DNA of 64,000 bases. It comes from an uncultured Planctomycetaceae bacterium (GTDB taxonomy: Bacteria > Planctomycetota > Planctomycetia > Planctomycetales > Planctomycetaceae). The stretch spans positions 160,001 through 224,000 of the forward strand of contig CAWFGE010000013.1 in NCBI GenBank assembly GCA_963815195.1, written 5' to 3'. The first letter of the stretch is position 1. Every line of letters starts with the position of its first letter. Below the pieces are notes generated by a model. The model was not told the origin of the DNA. It did no database searches and saw nothing but the letters and a program-made list of their open reading frames with translations. The translations under genes and the position numbers were made by a program. Below, one piece after another: positions 1-11,298 of the stretch.

Positions 1-42
1 AACTTGGGGCTAATACTAGAGAATGACGTTTTCTGATAGGCT

Positions 43-1835
43 CTAAACCCGGCCGATTTCCGCCTGGCAGAGGACGGCTTGACGTTCGGGGAACAGGGCG
101 AACCAGCGCGGCGAATCCTGCCCGCGGACTTGGACGCCCAACCGGCACGGTTCGCCCGCCTGCAAGCGGTCCTTCAGAATCGCCGCGTAGAAAAAGCCCG
201 AGTCTGTCGTCCCGCGACAACCAATGCGGGGTATACAGCAGCGTGACGCTGTGGTCGGGGCTGTGCCAGGACCGCTCGTCGCGGGCGAGGTTGAATGGGA
301 CGGTCGGTTCGCCGTTGACCAGCAGCAAGAATCCCAGTCCCGGCGTGCGGTTTTGCGCCCCCATCGCTCCCGCGAAGCAGAAATGGCAGAACGTTTCGCC
401 CGGCTCGATCACGACCGGGGCGGTGTCCCATTCCATCTTTTGCCCGCGGACAAGCTGCCGAATGTGGTAGCTCCGCCGGCGGTTCCCGCGGTAGTCGAAC
501 CACAGATTCTTGGCCCCGTCGTTGTGCCGGAGCTTTCGAAAGCCTTCCTGCAGGCGTTCCGCGCGGCCGATGAGTTGCGCAGCTCCAGAAGCGCTTGATC
601 GGCCAGCGAAGCCTGATCGCTGCGGCCGACGTGGGCCGTCAACTCGCCGAGCAGGTTTTCCAACTGCTCGTGATATTGGCCGTTCTCGGAAGACGCCGGG
701 GGGAACGTCGCCACCAACCGCTCGCGGTAAGGTTGCCTCAATTCGCCGCGGCCTCGGCGGGACAGCTCGCCGTCCAAGTCCGCGGAAAACCAGGACCGCA
801 CGGCGAGGCCCCGTTCGGCGGACGACTCTTCTTCCAGGACACGGGCCGCTTTGAGAATGCCGTCCGCCACGGGTTGGTTGAGCCAGTTTTGCGAGATGCA
901 AAACAGCAGCTTCTGCCCGTGCCGATTCCGCTCGAACTCCTGCGGATCGGAGTCGGCGGAGACGGCGCTTTGCCAGCAGCGGACGCCCCGCTGCTCGAGT
1001 GCCCGGGCGAGCGTTTCGGCGCGTTCGCGATCCTCGACGGCATGCACGATCAGCACGGGATGGAATTGGACCGATTTGCCGGCGAGCGCGGGCACGTTGG
1101 CGATGAAGCTTTCGCTCACGCCGCAGCCCCGCAAAAACGCGGCGGGCACAAGGCCGCGGGATTGATAGATCGCATCGATCCCCACGCTGCTCGGGCCTTG
1201 ATGGGCGAGCGCGTCCAGGTTTCTCGCTTCCGACAAATCGACGGCATTCCACAACGTGCCGCCCGCGACCGCCCCCTCAAAATCCGCTCCCGCCAGGTCG
1301 GGCGCGTGAAGTTCGCATTCAGGATTCGGGATGCCCCCAAATCGGCATCCTTCAGAAACGCTTCCTGAAAATTGGCGTCGGAAAGATCCGCCCGGCGGAA
1401 ATCGGTTCGGTTGCAATCCGCCCGGCGGAGGTCGGCCTGAAACAGATTCGCCGCCCGGAAGTCCGCTTCGCACAGCGCCCCGGCCCTGAGATCGGCCGCC
1501 TGGAGCTTCGCCGCCCTGAGGTCCGCCCCCGTCAAATCGGCCCCGCGAAAATCCGCCCGGCTCGCGTCGAGCGCATGGGCCGTCACGCCGGCCAGGTTCA
1601 CGCCCCTAAGGTCGGCCCCCGCCAGGTTTGCCCCCCGGAGATCCGCCTCGGCCAGATTGCTCCCGGCAAAATTTGCCCCGGCAAGTTGAGCTTCGCCCAA
1701 GGGGGCGGACGGCAAAAGGAGCCCGGGGAGTTGGGCTTCGGACAAATCCAAGATTTCGCCGGGATGCTCCTCACGCCAGGCGTAAAGTGCCTCCGGCCCC
1801 TGCCGAGCGAGTTCGACATGTTGCGGATTCGCCAC
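43..1835 (-). CDS. Pentapeptide-repeat protein with a degenerate TIR-like domain and an uncharacterised C-terminal domain (3 frameshifts, ~1300, ~575, ~200)
   Basis: ORF 1116-1835 has A(D/N)LxxA pentapeptide repeats. ORF 409-1473 continues with HQGPSSVGIDAI...FLRGCG and a TIR-like segment (LIVHAVEDRERAETLARALEQRGVRCW). Manual translation of further frames gives WDTAPVV...GFLLLVNG...GFFYAAI...SPRWFAL up to the TAG at 43-45. Confidence 0.75.
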
Positions 1836-1957
1836 GGTGGTATTCTCCCGAGATGATGCGTTCTTCGTCTATCATCCCCGGAAGAAATCCCCGCCGCAAC
1901 ACCCGAATGGACGAACCCGCCCGGAAAAGTCCGATTTGCCGCGGTTGGAGAACGCGA

Positions 1958-2398
1958 TCATTCCAGATCGATCGTCACGTCGTTTTTGCCCTCTTTGACT
2001 TCGACTTCCTTTTGCTTCGGGGACAGGCCGTCGTAGGGCGATTTCGCTTCTTGTTCATGTCCGCCTTCGCTGGGCGCGGCGGCGGCCTCATTGGTCGGCG
2101 GGGTATAGGTCACGGTGTGCTTGCCGAGGACGGCCCCATCGTCATTTCCGTAGGTGGACAGAGTAAACGTGCCGTCGTCGTTGACGTTGCCCGAGGCCGG
2201 TTTGCCGGCGGATTTCGTGGCGTCCGCGGAGACGGGGGAAAACTGAACGCTGCCGCCTTTAACGGGTTTTCCGGCGTGCATCACCTTTCCTGAAACGGGT
2301 GCCGTGGAAAAGGACTCGCCGCCCCCGCAGCCCCACAAACCGGCCAGCGGCAAAAGCACGGCGATCAGTCGGACGCTACGCAAAGATGCAGATTTCAC
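1958..2398 (-). CDS. DUF1559-associated small lipoprotein (carboxypeptidase regulatory-like fold)
   Basis: GTG start with AAGGAG RBS; lipobox LWGC; PVSGKV...G.F.LST....DGA..G.H.V pattern typical of partners of DUF1559 genes. Confidence 0.8.
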   Translation of the reverse strand: MKSASLRSVRLIAVLLPLAGLWGCGGGESFSTAPVSGKVMHAGKPVKGGSVQFSPVSADATKSAGKPASGNVNDDGTFTLSTYGNDDGAVLGKHTVTYTPPTNEAAAAPSEGGHEQEAKSPYDGLSPKQKEVEVKEGKNDVTIDLE

Positions 2399-2441
2399 AA
2401 GGCTCTCCTTTCTCAGTCGAACAATCAAGAATGATGAAACC

Positions 2442-2480
2442 AAAAAACCCCAGCGGGTGATTGGAGCTTCACCCGCCGGG
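2442..2480 (-). terminator. Intrinsic terminator between the DUF1559 gene and the lipoprotein gene
   Basis: Minus strand CCCGGCGGGTGA-loop-TCACCCGCTGGG followed by a T-run. Confidence 0.6.
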
Positions 2481-2514
2481 TCAGGCCGAGAATAGTCGAT
2501 CGAAAAACGACAAG

Positions 2515-3600
<1,086 letters not shown>

Positions 3601-3936
3601 GGGACTGTTCCTTGGGGAAAAAAGCGGAAAATGGGTATGAACGAACAATTCGCGTCAGCCCATCATCAAACCACAAAGTCGCCGCTGAGTTTCGGAAATT
3701 TTTCAAGATTTTTGGCCGGGCAGGCGGACAATTCCTCCAGGAGCGCGGGTTCCCCCCCCCTTCGCGACCTCGGACCGGCATCGGAACAGATTGTCGGCAC
3801 AGAATCCCCGCGGCCGAATGCGAAAAACTTTGAACCGCCGGGAACCGAAGAATTGTGATCGACACGCAATCCCGTCATAATATCGAACCTGTCGGCAAGC
3901 CCGACCTTTCCCGGAAAACCAGCAGAGGAGGAATCT

Positions 3937-5805
3937 GTGGGCAACGAGAACGGACACCAGGCCACCAAAACCCCCGCGGATTTTCAAATCGAGCGATTCG
4001 ATGTCGATCTCGCCAAACAGCAGGTCCAGCCAGAGACTCTGCCCTGCGAAGATGTCGAAGACGTGTTCGGAGGAATCGCCCGCGGGTTTAAGCTCCTCGA
4101 AAAATGCCCCACCGACGATCCCTACGCCCCCGAAGCCACGCTGGTTTTGAATCTCGGGTTACTCTCAGGCTCCGATTTTATGACCGGGCTCAGGACCTAC
4201 TTCCACGCCTATTCCCCGCTCAAAACCTCCAAATCCGGCAAACCCTCGGCCATGTGGTCCGCCGGCAGCGGGAAGTTCGGCACCAAACTCAGGTATCTGG
4301 GCGTCGATGAGGTGCTGTTTGCCGGCCGGTGTGAAAAACCGACAATCCTGCACATCACCCGCGCAGACGACGGCCCCGTGAAGTTCGAGTTTCTCGACGG
4401 CAGCGATCTGGTCGGCCGGCGGGTGAACGACAAGATCCAAACCCTCCACAAAAGGTTTCCCGAAGCGCACTTCGCCGTCATCGGACCGGCGGGCGAGAAC
4501 TACGAGAAAGTCCGCTATGCCGCGATCGCCCTGTCCACCGAAAACCAGCTCAAGAGCGGCGACCAGAAATCCCGCTGGTGCGGACGCGGCGGCATGGGCG
4601 GCGTGATGGGCTCGAAAAATCTCATCGCCATCGTCGCCGACATCAAAGACCAAATCGGCCCCAAAGCCCCCAAGGAACTTAAAACCATCAACATGGAAGT
4701 CGCCCGCGGCAAAGGCAGCACCCGCTTCCGCGACAAGAAAAAAGCGGGCGGCGGCGGCGGGACCTGGGCCAACTACGAAGCCCTCAATCCCGTCCACGCC
4801 ATGCCGGAGATGAACTTCAACCCCACCGGCACGATCGTCTCCCTGCCTTTGTACCGAGACAACGTCGAAGCCCTGGGGCCTTATGTCGTCAAGGACGAAT
4901 CCTGCTTCCGCTGCGGGATCAGTTGCCATAAAAACGTGTACGACGAAGTCCTCGAAGAAAAGAACGGCAAGATCAAAAGCCGGGCCGACAAATACCGGGC
5001 CAAGCTCGATTTCGAACCCTTAAACCTCCTGTCGTCCAACATCGGCATCTTCGATATCGACCAGGCCTGCATTCTCGTCGAGTTGGTGGATGAAATGGGC
5101 ATGGATTCCATTTCCATCGGCACCACGCTGTCTTATGCGATGGAATACAACCGCCGGCATCCCGACAAAAAAATCGCCGACGGAATGAGCTACGGCGACT
5201 TCCAGACCACGCACGATGTCATCGAGAAAATCGGCACCGGACAGATGGAACTCCTCGGCCAGGGCGTGATGCGGATGTCCCAGGAACTCGGCGACACCGG
5301 CTATGCGATGCATTCCAAAGGCATGGAATACCCCGCCTACCTGCCGCAAACGAACCCAGGCTACCCGTGGGCCTTGGCGGGCGGGCACATGTCGATGCGG
5401 ACGTATCTGCTCTTGCTCTATGAACGTGAAACCAACCTGGATTACTGGGTGGACGCGATCACCAACCGCGGCCTCGCCATCCTGCGGGACGACTTCACCG
5501 GCGTCTGCAAGTTCGCGGGCCTCCCGGACGACCAGATGGCCGAGGCGGTGCGGTTGCTCTCGGGTCTCGACATCACGGCAGACACCTTCAAGCAAATCAT
5601 CCGCCGCACTTTCTTGCGGGGCTACCGCCTCGAAAAACTGCAAGGCTTCACCGACGAAGACTACGTGATGCCCGCCGAGGCTCACGAGGAATACCCCCAA
5701 ATCGAACTGCCGTATTTCAACAGCCGCGAGTTCTTTCAGGAATTAAAACCCCGCGTGATGGCGAGGTTCAACGAAATGCTCGAAGAAGAAGGCCTGGCGG
5801 TGTAA
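3937..5805 (+). CDS. Aldehyde:ferredoxin oxidoreductase family (W/Mo-bis-pterin) protein
   Basis: SPLKT, IGPAGE, GRGGMGGVMGSKNL, CFRCGISC plus distal GVCKF (4Fe-4S ligands), DEMGMD pterin motif; GAGGAG RBS. Confidence 0.9.
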   Translation: MGNENGHQATKTPADFQIERFDVDLAKQQVQPETLPCEDVEDVFGGIARGFKLLEKCPTDDPYAPEATLVLNLGLLSGSDFMTGLRTYFHAYSPLKTSKSGKPSAMWSAGSGKFGTKLRYLGVDEVLFAGRCEKPTILHITRADDGPVKFEFLDGSDLVGRRVNDKIQTLHKRFPEAHFAVIGPAGENYEKVRYAAIALSTENQLKSGDQKSRWCGRGGMGGVMGSKNLIAIVADIKDQIGPKAPKELKTINMEVARGKGSTRFRDKKKAGGGGGTWANYEALNPVHAMPEMNFNPTGTIVSLPLYRDNVEALGPYVVKDESCFRCGISCHKNVYDEVLEEKNGKIKSRADKYRAKLDFEPLNLLSSNIGIFDIDQACILVELVDEMGMDSISIGTTLSYAMEYNRRHPDKKIADGMSYGDFQTTHDVIEKIGTGQMELLGQGVMRMSQELGDTGYAMHSKGMEYPAYLPQTNPGYPWALAGGHMSMRTYLLLLYERETNLDYWVDAITNRGLAILRDDFTGVCKFAGLPDDQMAEAVRLLSGLDITADTFKQIIRRTFLRGYRLEKLQGFTDEDYVMPAEAHEEYPQIELPYFNSREFFQELKPRVMARFNEMLEEEGLAV

Positions 5806-5861
5806 TCTGCCTGTCTGACGTTTCGGTCATTGGAATATCCGCAGATGGAAATTACGCAAAA

Positions 5862-6126
5862 AGGGCCGAAGGTCCGGCTCGATGTCAGCCCAGGACACAG
5901 TCCTGGGGAACAGGAACGAACGAAGTACAAAAGCCCCCACGGGGCGGTCCTCAACCGGTGAGCGTCGTGGGATTGAATCGGACGAACGATATGCGTGCGA
6001 GTAAGCTGCCCCTCGACGTGTGCGAGATAGGGCCGCCCCGTGGGGGCTTGCGTTTGATTCATCATCCATAACCCAGGGCGGCGCTGCGCTTGCCCTGGGC
6101 TGACATAAAGCCGGACCTTCGGCCCT
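5862..6126. repeat. Nested inverted-repeat (REP/REPIN-like) element
   Basis: AGGGCCGAAGGTCCGGCT (5862-5879) pairs with 6109-6126; 5882-5894 with 6094-6106; 5931-5951 with 6029-6049. Confidence 0.85.
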
Positions 6127-6252
6127 AAATACTTTCGTTTTGGATTTCCGATTTGGAGATTCGGATTCGATCCTTTCATTGCTTCTCGCACCCTAGGATC
6201 AACTGATGCAACCGGCTCAACTCCGTGGGGCCTTTTGAGGATTAGCGAAACC

Positions 6253-6528
6253 GTGGCGATCACCGTGGAAATTCCTCACGCCATTTCCCGATACAGCGAG
6301 GAAGAAACCCAGGTTGACTTGGAAGGCCAAACCGTCGGCGAAGTGCTCGGCTCGCTCTGGGAAAAATATCCCCCACTCAAAACCCGCGTCCTCGACCGCG
6401 AGGGGCGGTTGTATGCGTATCTGTTATTGTTCCAGAACGATCAAAAACTCCCCCGCGAGAATCTGATGAACTTCCCGCTCCAGGACGGCGACCGCCTGGA
6501 AATCGTCGCCCTCGCCGAAGGCGGATAA
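6253..6528 (+). CDS. MoaD/ThiS family sulfur carrier
   Basis: About 91 aa ubiquitin-like protein ending LQDGDRLEIVALAEGG (C-terminal GG); adjacent to AOR. Confidence 0.9.
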   Translation: MAITVEIPHAISRYSEEETQVDLEGQTVGEVLGSLWEKYPPLKTRVLDREGRLYAYLLLFQNDQKLPRENLMNFPLQDGDRLEIVALAEGG

Positions 6529-6602
6529 AGTCAAAACCCAAGCCGACGACTTGTCGTCGGTCCGTTTCCTCGTTTTCCAATCCAGTTTAGGAGTCCCGGC
6601 GC

Positions 6603-8261
6603 ATGAAGGCATCTGATTTGTTCGTGAAGTGTTTGGAGAACGAAGGGATCGAGTTTATCTTCGGCGTGCCGGGCGAAGAAAACGCCGACTTTATGATCTC
6701 GCTTGAGGATTCGAAAAAGATCCGGTTCATCCTCACCCGCCACGAGCAGGGGGCCGCATTCATGGCGGAAGTTTACGGCCGACTGACCGGGAACCCCGCC
6801 GGCTGTTTGGGCACGCTCGGGCCGGGGGCGACGAACCTGATCACCGGCGTCGCCGACGCGAACATGGACAGGGCCCCGATGATCGTGCTCACCGGGCAAG
6901 GCGACTCGGAACGGCTGCACAAGGAATCGCACCAGGTGATGGACGTGGTCGCGATGTTCCGCCCCGTCACCAAATGGGCCCAGACGGTTTATCATCCCGA
7001 TAACATCCCCGAAATCGTCCGCAAAGCCGTTCGCCTCGCGCGGACCGAAAAACCCGGCGCCTGCCACATCGAACTTCCGGAAGACATCGCGGAAAGGGAT
7101 GCAACGACCCAGCCCATCGAAGTCCGCAAATTTCGCCGGCCCGTGCCGGATGACAAAATCGTGGACCGGGCCTGGGAGATGATCCGCACCGCCAAGCGGC
7201 CGATCATTCTTGCGGGCAACGGCACGATCCGCCGACGGGCCAGCAAGCAGCTTCGCGAGTTCGTGAAACAGACGGGCATCGGCGTGGTCAGCACGTTCAT
7301 GGCCAAGGGCTGCGTGGATATGGACTCCGAGGAATGCGTTTACACCGTCGGCCTCCAGGCTCGCGATCATGCCATCTGCGCGATCGACGCCGCGGATGTG
7401 GTCATCTCGCTGGGCTACGACATGGTCGAATATCATCCAAGGCTTTGGAACCACGGCAACAAGCACAAGCTGGTGCACATCGATTTCATTCCCTCCGAAA
7501 TCGATGAGGATTACCGCATCGATGTGGAAGTCGTCGGCGATCTCGCGCATACGCTGTGGATGCTCAACGAGCGCGTGAAGGCCTACGGAACCGGTAAGCT
7601 CGACTTCGACCACACCCACGCCCGCAAAGCCCGCCAGGCGATGAAAGCCGACCTCGAAGAGTACAAAGACGACAACACGCAGGGAAAAATCAAGCCGCAA
7701 AAAGCCCTCTGGGACGCCCGGCAGGCGATGGGCCCGGAGGATATTCTGCTCTCGGACGTCGGGGCCCATAAAATGTGGATCGCCCGGCATTACCAATGCC
7801 ACGAACCCAATACCTGCCTGATCCCCAACGGTTTCTGCTCGATGGGCTTCGCCCTGCCGGGGGCGATCGCCGCGAGCCTGGTGCACCCGGACCGCAACAT
7901 CCTCGCGGTTTGCGGCGACGCCGGGTTTATGATGAACGTCCAGGAAATGGAAACCGCCAAGCGGATCAACTCCAAGATCACCGTGATGATCTGGGAAGAC
8001 CACGCCTACGGCCTGATCGCCTGGAAGCAGCAAAACCACTTCGGCAAGCACACCGATTTGTCTTTCGGCAACCCCGACTTCGTCGAACTGGCCAAAGCCT
8101 TCGGCTGGAACGGCCACCGCTGCGAAGACAGCACCAAACTCCAATCCGTCTTGAAAGAAGCCCTCGCCGAAGATGGCCCCAGCTTGGTCGTCATTCCCAT
8201 CGATTATGACGAAAACCCCAAATTGACCAAACGCCTCGGCGACATCAGTTGCCCGATTTAA
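6603..8261 (+). CDS. ThDP-dependent enzyme of the acetolactate synthase-like family, resembling cyanobacterial 2-oxoglutarate decarboxylase
   Basis: FGVPGEEN, RHEQGAAFMA, GPGATNL, SDVGAHKMW.ARHY.C..PNTCLI.NG, GDAGFMMN ThDP motif; no ilvH/ilvC nearby. Confidence 0.85.
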   Translation: MKASDLFVKCLENEGIEFIFGVPGEENADFMISLEDSKKIRFILTRHEQGAAFMAEVYGRLTGNPAGCLGTLGPGATNLITGVADANMDRAPMIVLTGQGDSERLHKESHQVMDVVAMFRPVTKWAQTVYHPDNIPEIVRKAVRLARTEKPGACHIELPEDIAERDATTQPIEVRKFRRPVPDDKIVDRAWEMIRTAKRPIILAGNGTIRRRASKQLREFVKQTGIGVVSTFMAKGCVDMDSEECVYTVGLQARDHAICAIDAADVVISLGYDMVEYHPRLWNHGNKHKLVHIDFIPSEIDEDYRIDVEVVGDLAHTLWMLNERVKAYGTGKLDFDHTHARKARQAMKADLEEYKDDNTQGKIKPQKALWDARQAMGPEDILLSDVGAHKMWIARHYQCHEPNTCLIPNGFCSMGFALPGAIAASLVHPDRNILAVCGDAGFMMNVQEMETAKRINSKITVMIWEDHAYGLIAWKQQNHFGKHTDLSFGNPDFVELAKAFGWNGHRCEDSTKLQSVLKEALAEDGPSLVVIPIDYDENPKLTKRLGDISCPI

Positions 8262-8414
8262 GCGGTTGCTCCCGGCCGCGGCGGGCGCGGCCAAATCCTC
8301 CTGGAGATGCAAAAACTCTACGGAACGCATATATTCACTCGTATGTGCTGATCCTTTCAATTCGTGAGGATCCGCGCGGATTCGTCTCATCGAGCAGAGT
8401 GAAAGGGCGGCGTG

Positions 8415-9173
8415 ATGGCACGGTTTGCAGTTATTCTCCCGGCGGCGGGGCGGAGCACGCGGTTCTCGGCCCAGCGCCGCAAGAAGCCGTTTGTGGAACT
8501 CAAAGGACGCCCGGTCTGGGTCCGCACGGCCGAGCATTTCGTCAACCGCGACGACGTGGCGCAAACGATCATCGTCGTCTCGCCGGACGATCTGGATTGG
8601 TTCAAAGAGAAGTTCCGCCCGAACCTGGCGTTTATGGAGATCGAAATCGTCACCGGCGGCGACACGCGGGCCGACAGCGTGGAGAACGCGTTGGAGCGCG
8701 TGCATGCCGAGATCGATTTTATCGCCGTCCACGATGCGGCCCGGCCGCTGTTGACGGCCAAGTGGATCAGCGATGTGTTCGACGCGGCGAAGACCTCGGA
8801 CGCCGCGATTCCGGGCATTCCCGTGACCAGCACGCTCAAACGCGTCGAGGCCGTCAAGAACAAAGGCAACCAGATCGTGGAGACCGTCTCGCGGGAGGGG
8901 CTGTGGCAAGCCCAGACGCCGCAGGTGTTCCGCCGGGATCTGCTCATCGAGGCCTATAGCAAGCGTGGGGATTTCTCGCCCACGGATGAAGCGAGCCTGG
9001 TCGAAAAGTTCGGCCACCCGGTGATGGTCGTCCCCGGTTCGCCGATGAATCTTAAAATCACGACGCCGGAAGATTTCGAAATGGCCAAAGCCCTGCTGGA
9101 CGCCCTGCCCAAAGACAACCTCTTCAACCCCCTGCACCCTTTCGCCGACGAAAACCCGCATTTGTTTTCGTGA
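8415..9173 (+). CDS. ispD: 2-C-methyl-D-erythritol 4-phosphate cytidylyltransferase
   Basis: ILPAAG.STRF, GGDTRADSV, VHDAARP, QTPQVF, TDEAS, NLKITT. Confidence 0.95.
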   Translation: MARFAVILPAAGRSTRFSAQRRKKPFVELKGRPVWVRTAEHFVNRDDVAQTIIVVSPDDLDWFKEKFRPNLAFMEIEIVTGGDTRADSVENALERVHAEIDFIAVHDAARPLLTAKWISDVFDAAKTSDAAIPGIPVTSTLKRVEAVKNKGNQIVETVSREGLWQAQTPQVFRRDLLIEAYSKRGDFSPTDEASLVEKFGHPVMVVPGSPMNLKITTPEDFEMAKALLDALPKDNLFNPLHPFADENPHLFS

Positions 9174-9245
9174 GCCGTTAAGAACCCGGGTCACCTTGCC
9201 ATGGAATGGTTCGCTCTCACATCTCTGAGAATCGACGATTCACCA

Positions 9246-9443
9246 ATGGCCGATAATTCCTCACTTCAGGAAAACGTCACACTGCTTCAAGAAATCATCG
9301 AGTTACGGCATCGCGAGATCGCGTTGCGTGAGGAATTCCTAAAGTCGAACCGCGAGACTGGTGAGAAAACTCTCGATGAAAGCAAAACCGAAACGTCGAG
9401 GAACGCGCGCTTTGGTATAAGGCTGACTTTAATATGGAGCTGA
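9246..9443 (+). CDS. Short hypothetical coiled-coil protein (doubtful)
   Basis: Open frame with a helical, Glu/Leu-rich composition in an AT-richer intergenic stretch; no recognisable motif. Confidence 0.3.
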   Translation: MADNSSLQENVTLLQEIIELRHREIALREEFLKSNRETGEKTLDESKTETSRNARFGIRLTLIWS

Positions 9444-9721
9444 ACTGAGCCCATGGTAAACGGTGAGTTTAGGATGGATGACCAGACATCAAACGACACA
9501 AATGCTTTCAGGTCAGGCAAGCCAACCCCACCACGGGCAGTTTCTCGATTCAACGGGTTCTTGATGTGACGCCTTTGCGGCGCTTGCCCCCCAAACTCAG
9601 ACGCCGTGGAGTTTGTTCGACAAAACGCCCCGGATCGCGGATTCGGTGATTGCTACCGGCCGGGAAACTTGCGACGATGGGGGCGGTTTTTTCTGTTTCC
9701 TTCCTTTGATGTTTTCCTCTT

Positions 9722-11212
9722 ATGATTTGCGTGAGCATCGGGCGGACCCGGCACAAGATGGTGGTCGCCGAGCATAAGCATTTGGCGGAAAAAGGGGCGG
9801 AGCTGGTCGAGCTTCGCGTGGACTGGCTGTCGCGGATGCCGGACGTGGGCCGGCTTCTAGAGGATCGGCCCACGCCGTGCGTTCTGACGTGCCGGCGGAA
9901 AGAAGACCGCGGCCGCTGGCGCGGCTCGGAAGATCAGCGGATGACGATCCTCCGCACCGGGATTGTCTCGGGCGTCGAGTATGTCGATCTGGAAGACGAC
10001 ATCGCCGGCAAGGTGCCCCGCTACGGCGAGACGAAGCGGATCGTCAGCCATCACAATTTCGACGAAACGCCCGACGATCTGGAACAAATCCACGAGCGGA
10101 TGACGAAGCTCGACCCGGACATCGTGAAGATCGTCACGATGGCGAACTCGACCGAGGACATGGTGCGGATGCTGAAGCTCGTCGCGAGCGCCAAGGTGCC
10201 CACCGTTGGATTCTGCATGGGGGAGTTGGGCCAGCCCAGCCGCGTGCTCTGCGGGAAATATGGCTCGCCCTTCACGTATGCGACCTTCAGCAAAGACCGC
10301 GAAATGGCCCCCGGGCAGCTTTCGTTTGCGGAGATGAAGTCCATCTACCGCGTCGATCAGATCGACGCCGAGACGAAGGTGTTTGCCGTCATCGGCGATC
10401 CGGTCGCCCACAGCCTGAGCCCGGTCGTTCATAACGCAGCCTTCGCGGCGGCGGGCATCAACGGCGTGTATTTGCCGGTCCGCATTTTCAAGAGGCGATT
10501 GGAGGAATCGCTCCGGGCGCTCGATTGGCTCGAGATTCGCGGCTACAGCGTGACGATCCCCCACAAGGAGGGCGTCATCGAAAAAGCCGACGAGGTGAAC
10601 GAGGCGGTCAAAGAGATCGGGGCGGCGAATACGCTGTTCCGCGACGGCGACGGCCGCTGGCACGCGGCCAACACCGACTACGAGGCCGCGCTCAAAAGTT
10701 TGCTCAGCGGGCTCAAAGCCCGCGGGGACGAATCGCCTTCGCTCAAAGGCAAGAAAGTCTTGATGCTTGGAGCCGGCGGAGCGGCCCGCGCGATCGGCTG
10801 GGCGATGGTCAACGCCGGGGCGCTGCTCACGATTTCCAATCGCTCCGTCCAGCGGGCCAAAGACCTGGCGGCGGAATTGGGCTGCCAGTTCTGCAACTGG
10901 GAGCACCGCGCGACGGGCTATGCGGATATTCTCATCAACTGCACGCCCGTGGGCATGCACCCCAATGTCGATGACACGCCGTTCAAGGATTCGTGGTTCC
11001 GCGAAGGGATGGTCGTGTTCGACACCGTTTACACGCCCGAAAACACGCTGCTGCTCAAGCAGGCCCGGGAACGAAACTGCCACACCGTCTCCGGCTTGGA
11101 AATGTTCATCCGGCAGGCGGCGGCCCAGTTCGAGCGGTTCACCGGCCAAAAACCGCCGAAGGACGTGATGCTCAAAGCCCTCAGGAACGCGATCTCGCCC
11201 GTGAAGATGTAG
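9722..11212 (+). CDS. aroDE: Bifunctional type I 3-dehydroquinate dehydratase / shikimate dehydrogenase
   Basis: ELRVD, SHHNF, APGQ in the N-half; GDPVAHSLSP, SVTIPHK, GAANT, NTD, GAGGAARA, INCTPVGM in the C-half. Confidence 0.95.
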   Translation: MICVSIGRTRHKMVVAEHKHLAEKGAELVELRVDWLSRMPDVGRLLEDRPTPCVLTCRRKEDRGRWRGSEDQRMTILRTGIVSGVEYVDLEDDIAGKVPRYGETKRIVSHHNFDETPDDLEQIHERMTKLDPDIVKIVTMANSTEDMVRMLKLVASAKVPTVGFCMGELGQPSRVLCGKYGSPFTYATFSKDREMAPGQLSFAEMKSIYRVDQIDAETKVFAVIGDPVAHSLSPVVHNAAFAAAGINGVYLPVRIFKRRLEESLRALDWLEIRGYSVTIPHKEGVIEKADEVNEAVKEIGAANTLFRDGDGRWHAANTDYEAALKSLLSGLKARGDESPSLKGKKVLMLGAGGAARAIGWAMVNAGALLTISNRSVQRAKDLAAELGCQFCNWEHRATGYADILINCTPVGMHPNVDDTPFKDSWFREGMVVFDTVYTPENTLLLKQARERNCHTVSGLEMFIRQAAAQFERFTGQKPPKDVMLKALRNAISPVKM

Positions 11213-11298
11213 GGATCGCTGGAGAAAGCTTTCCATTATCAGTGAACCGCGGCTAGCGCCCGGCGGCCAATGGATCCTTAGCGGTCGTGCGCGACGAA

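Noticed and set aside
3850..3936. Moco/Wco riboswitch or CRP/Rex site upstream of AOR
   Set aside because: The leader is short and lacks a recognisable motif; TTGTGA...CGCAA has the wrong spacing
9722..11212. AroD-AroE fusion as a novelty
   Set aside because: Already known in planctomycetes, chlamydiae and plants
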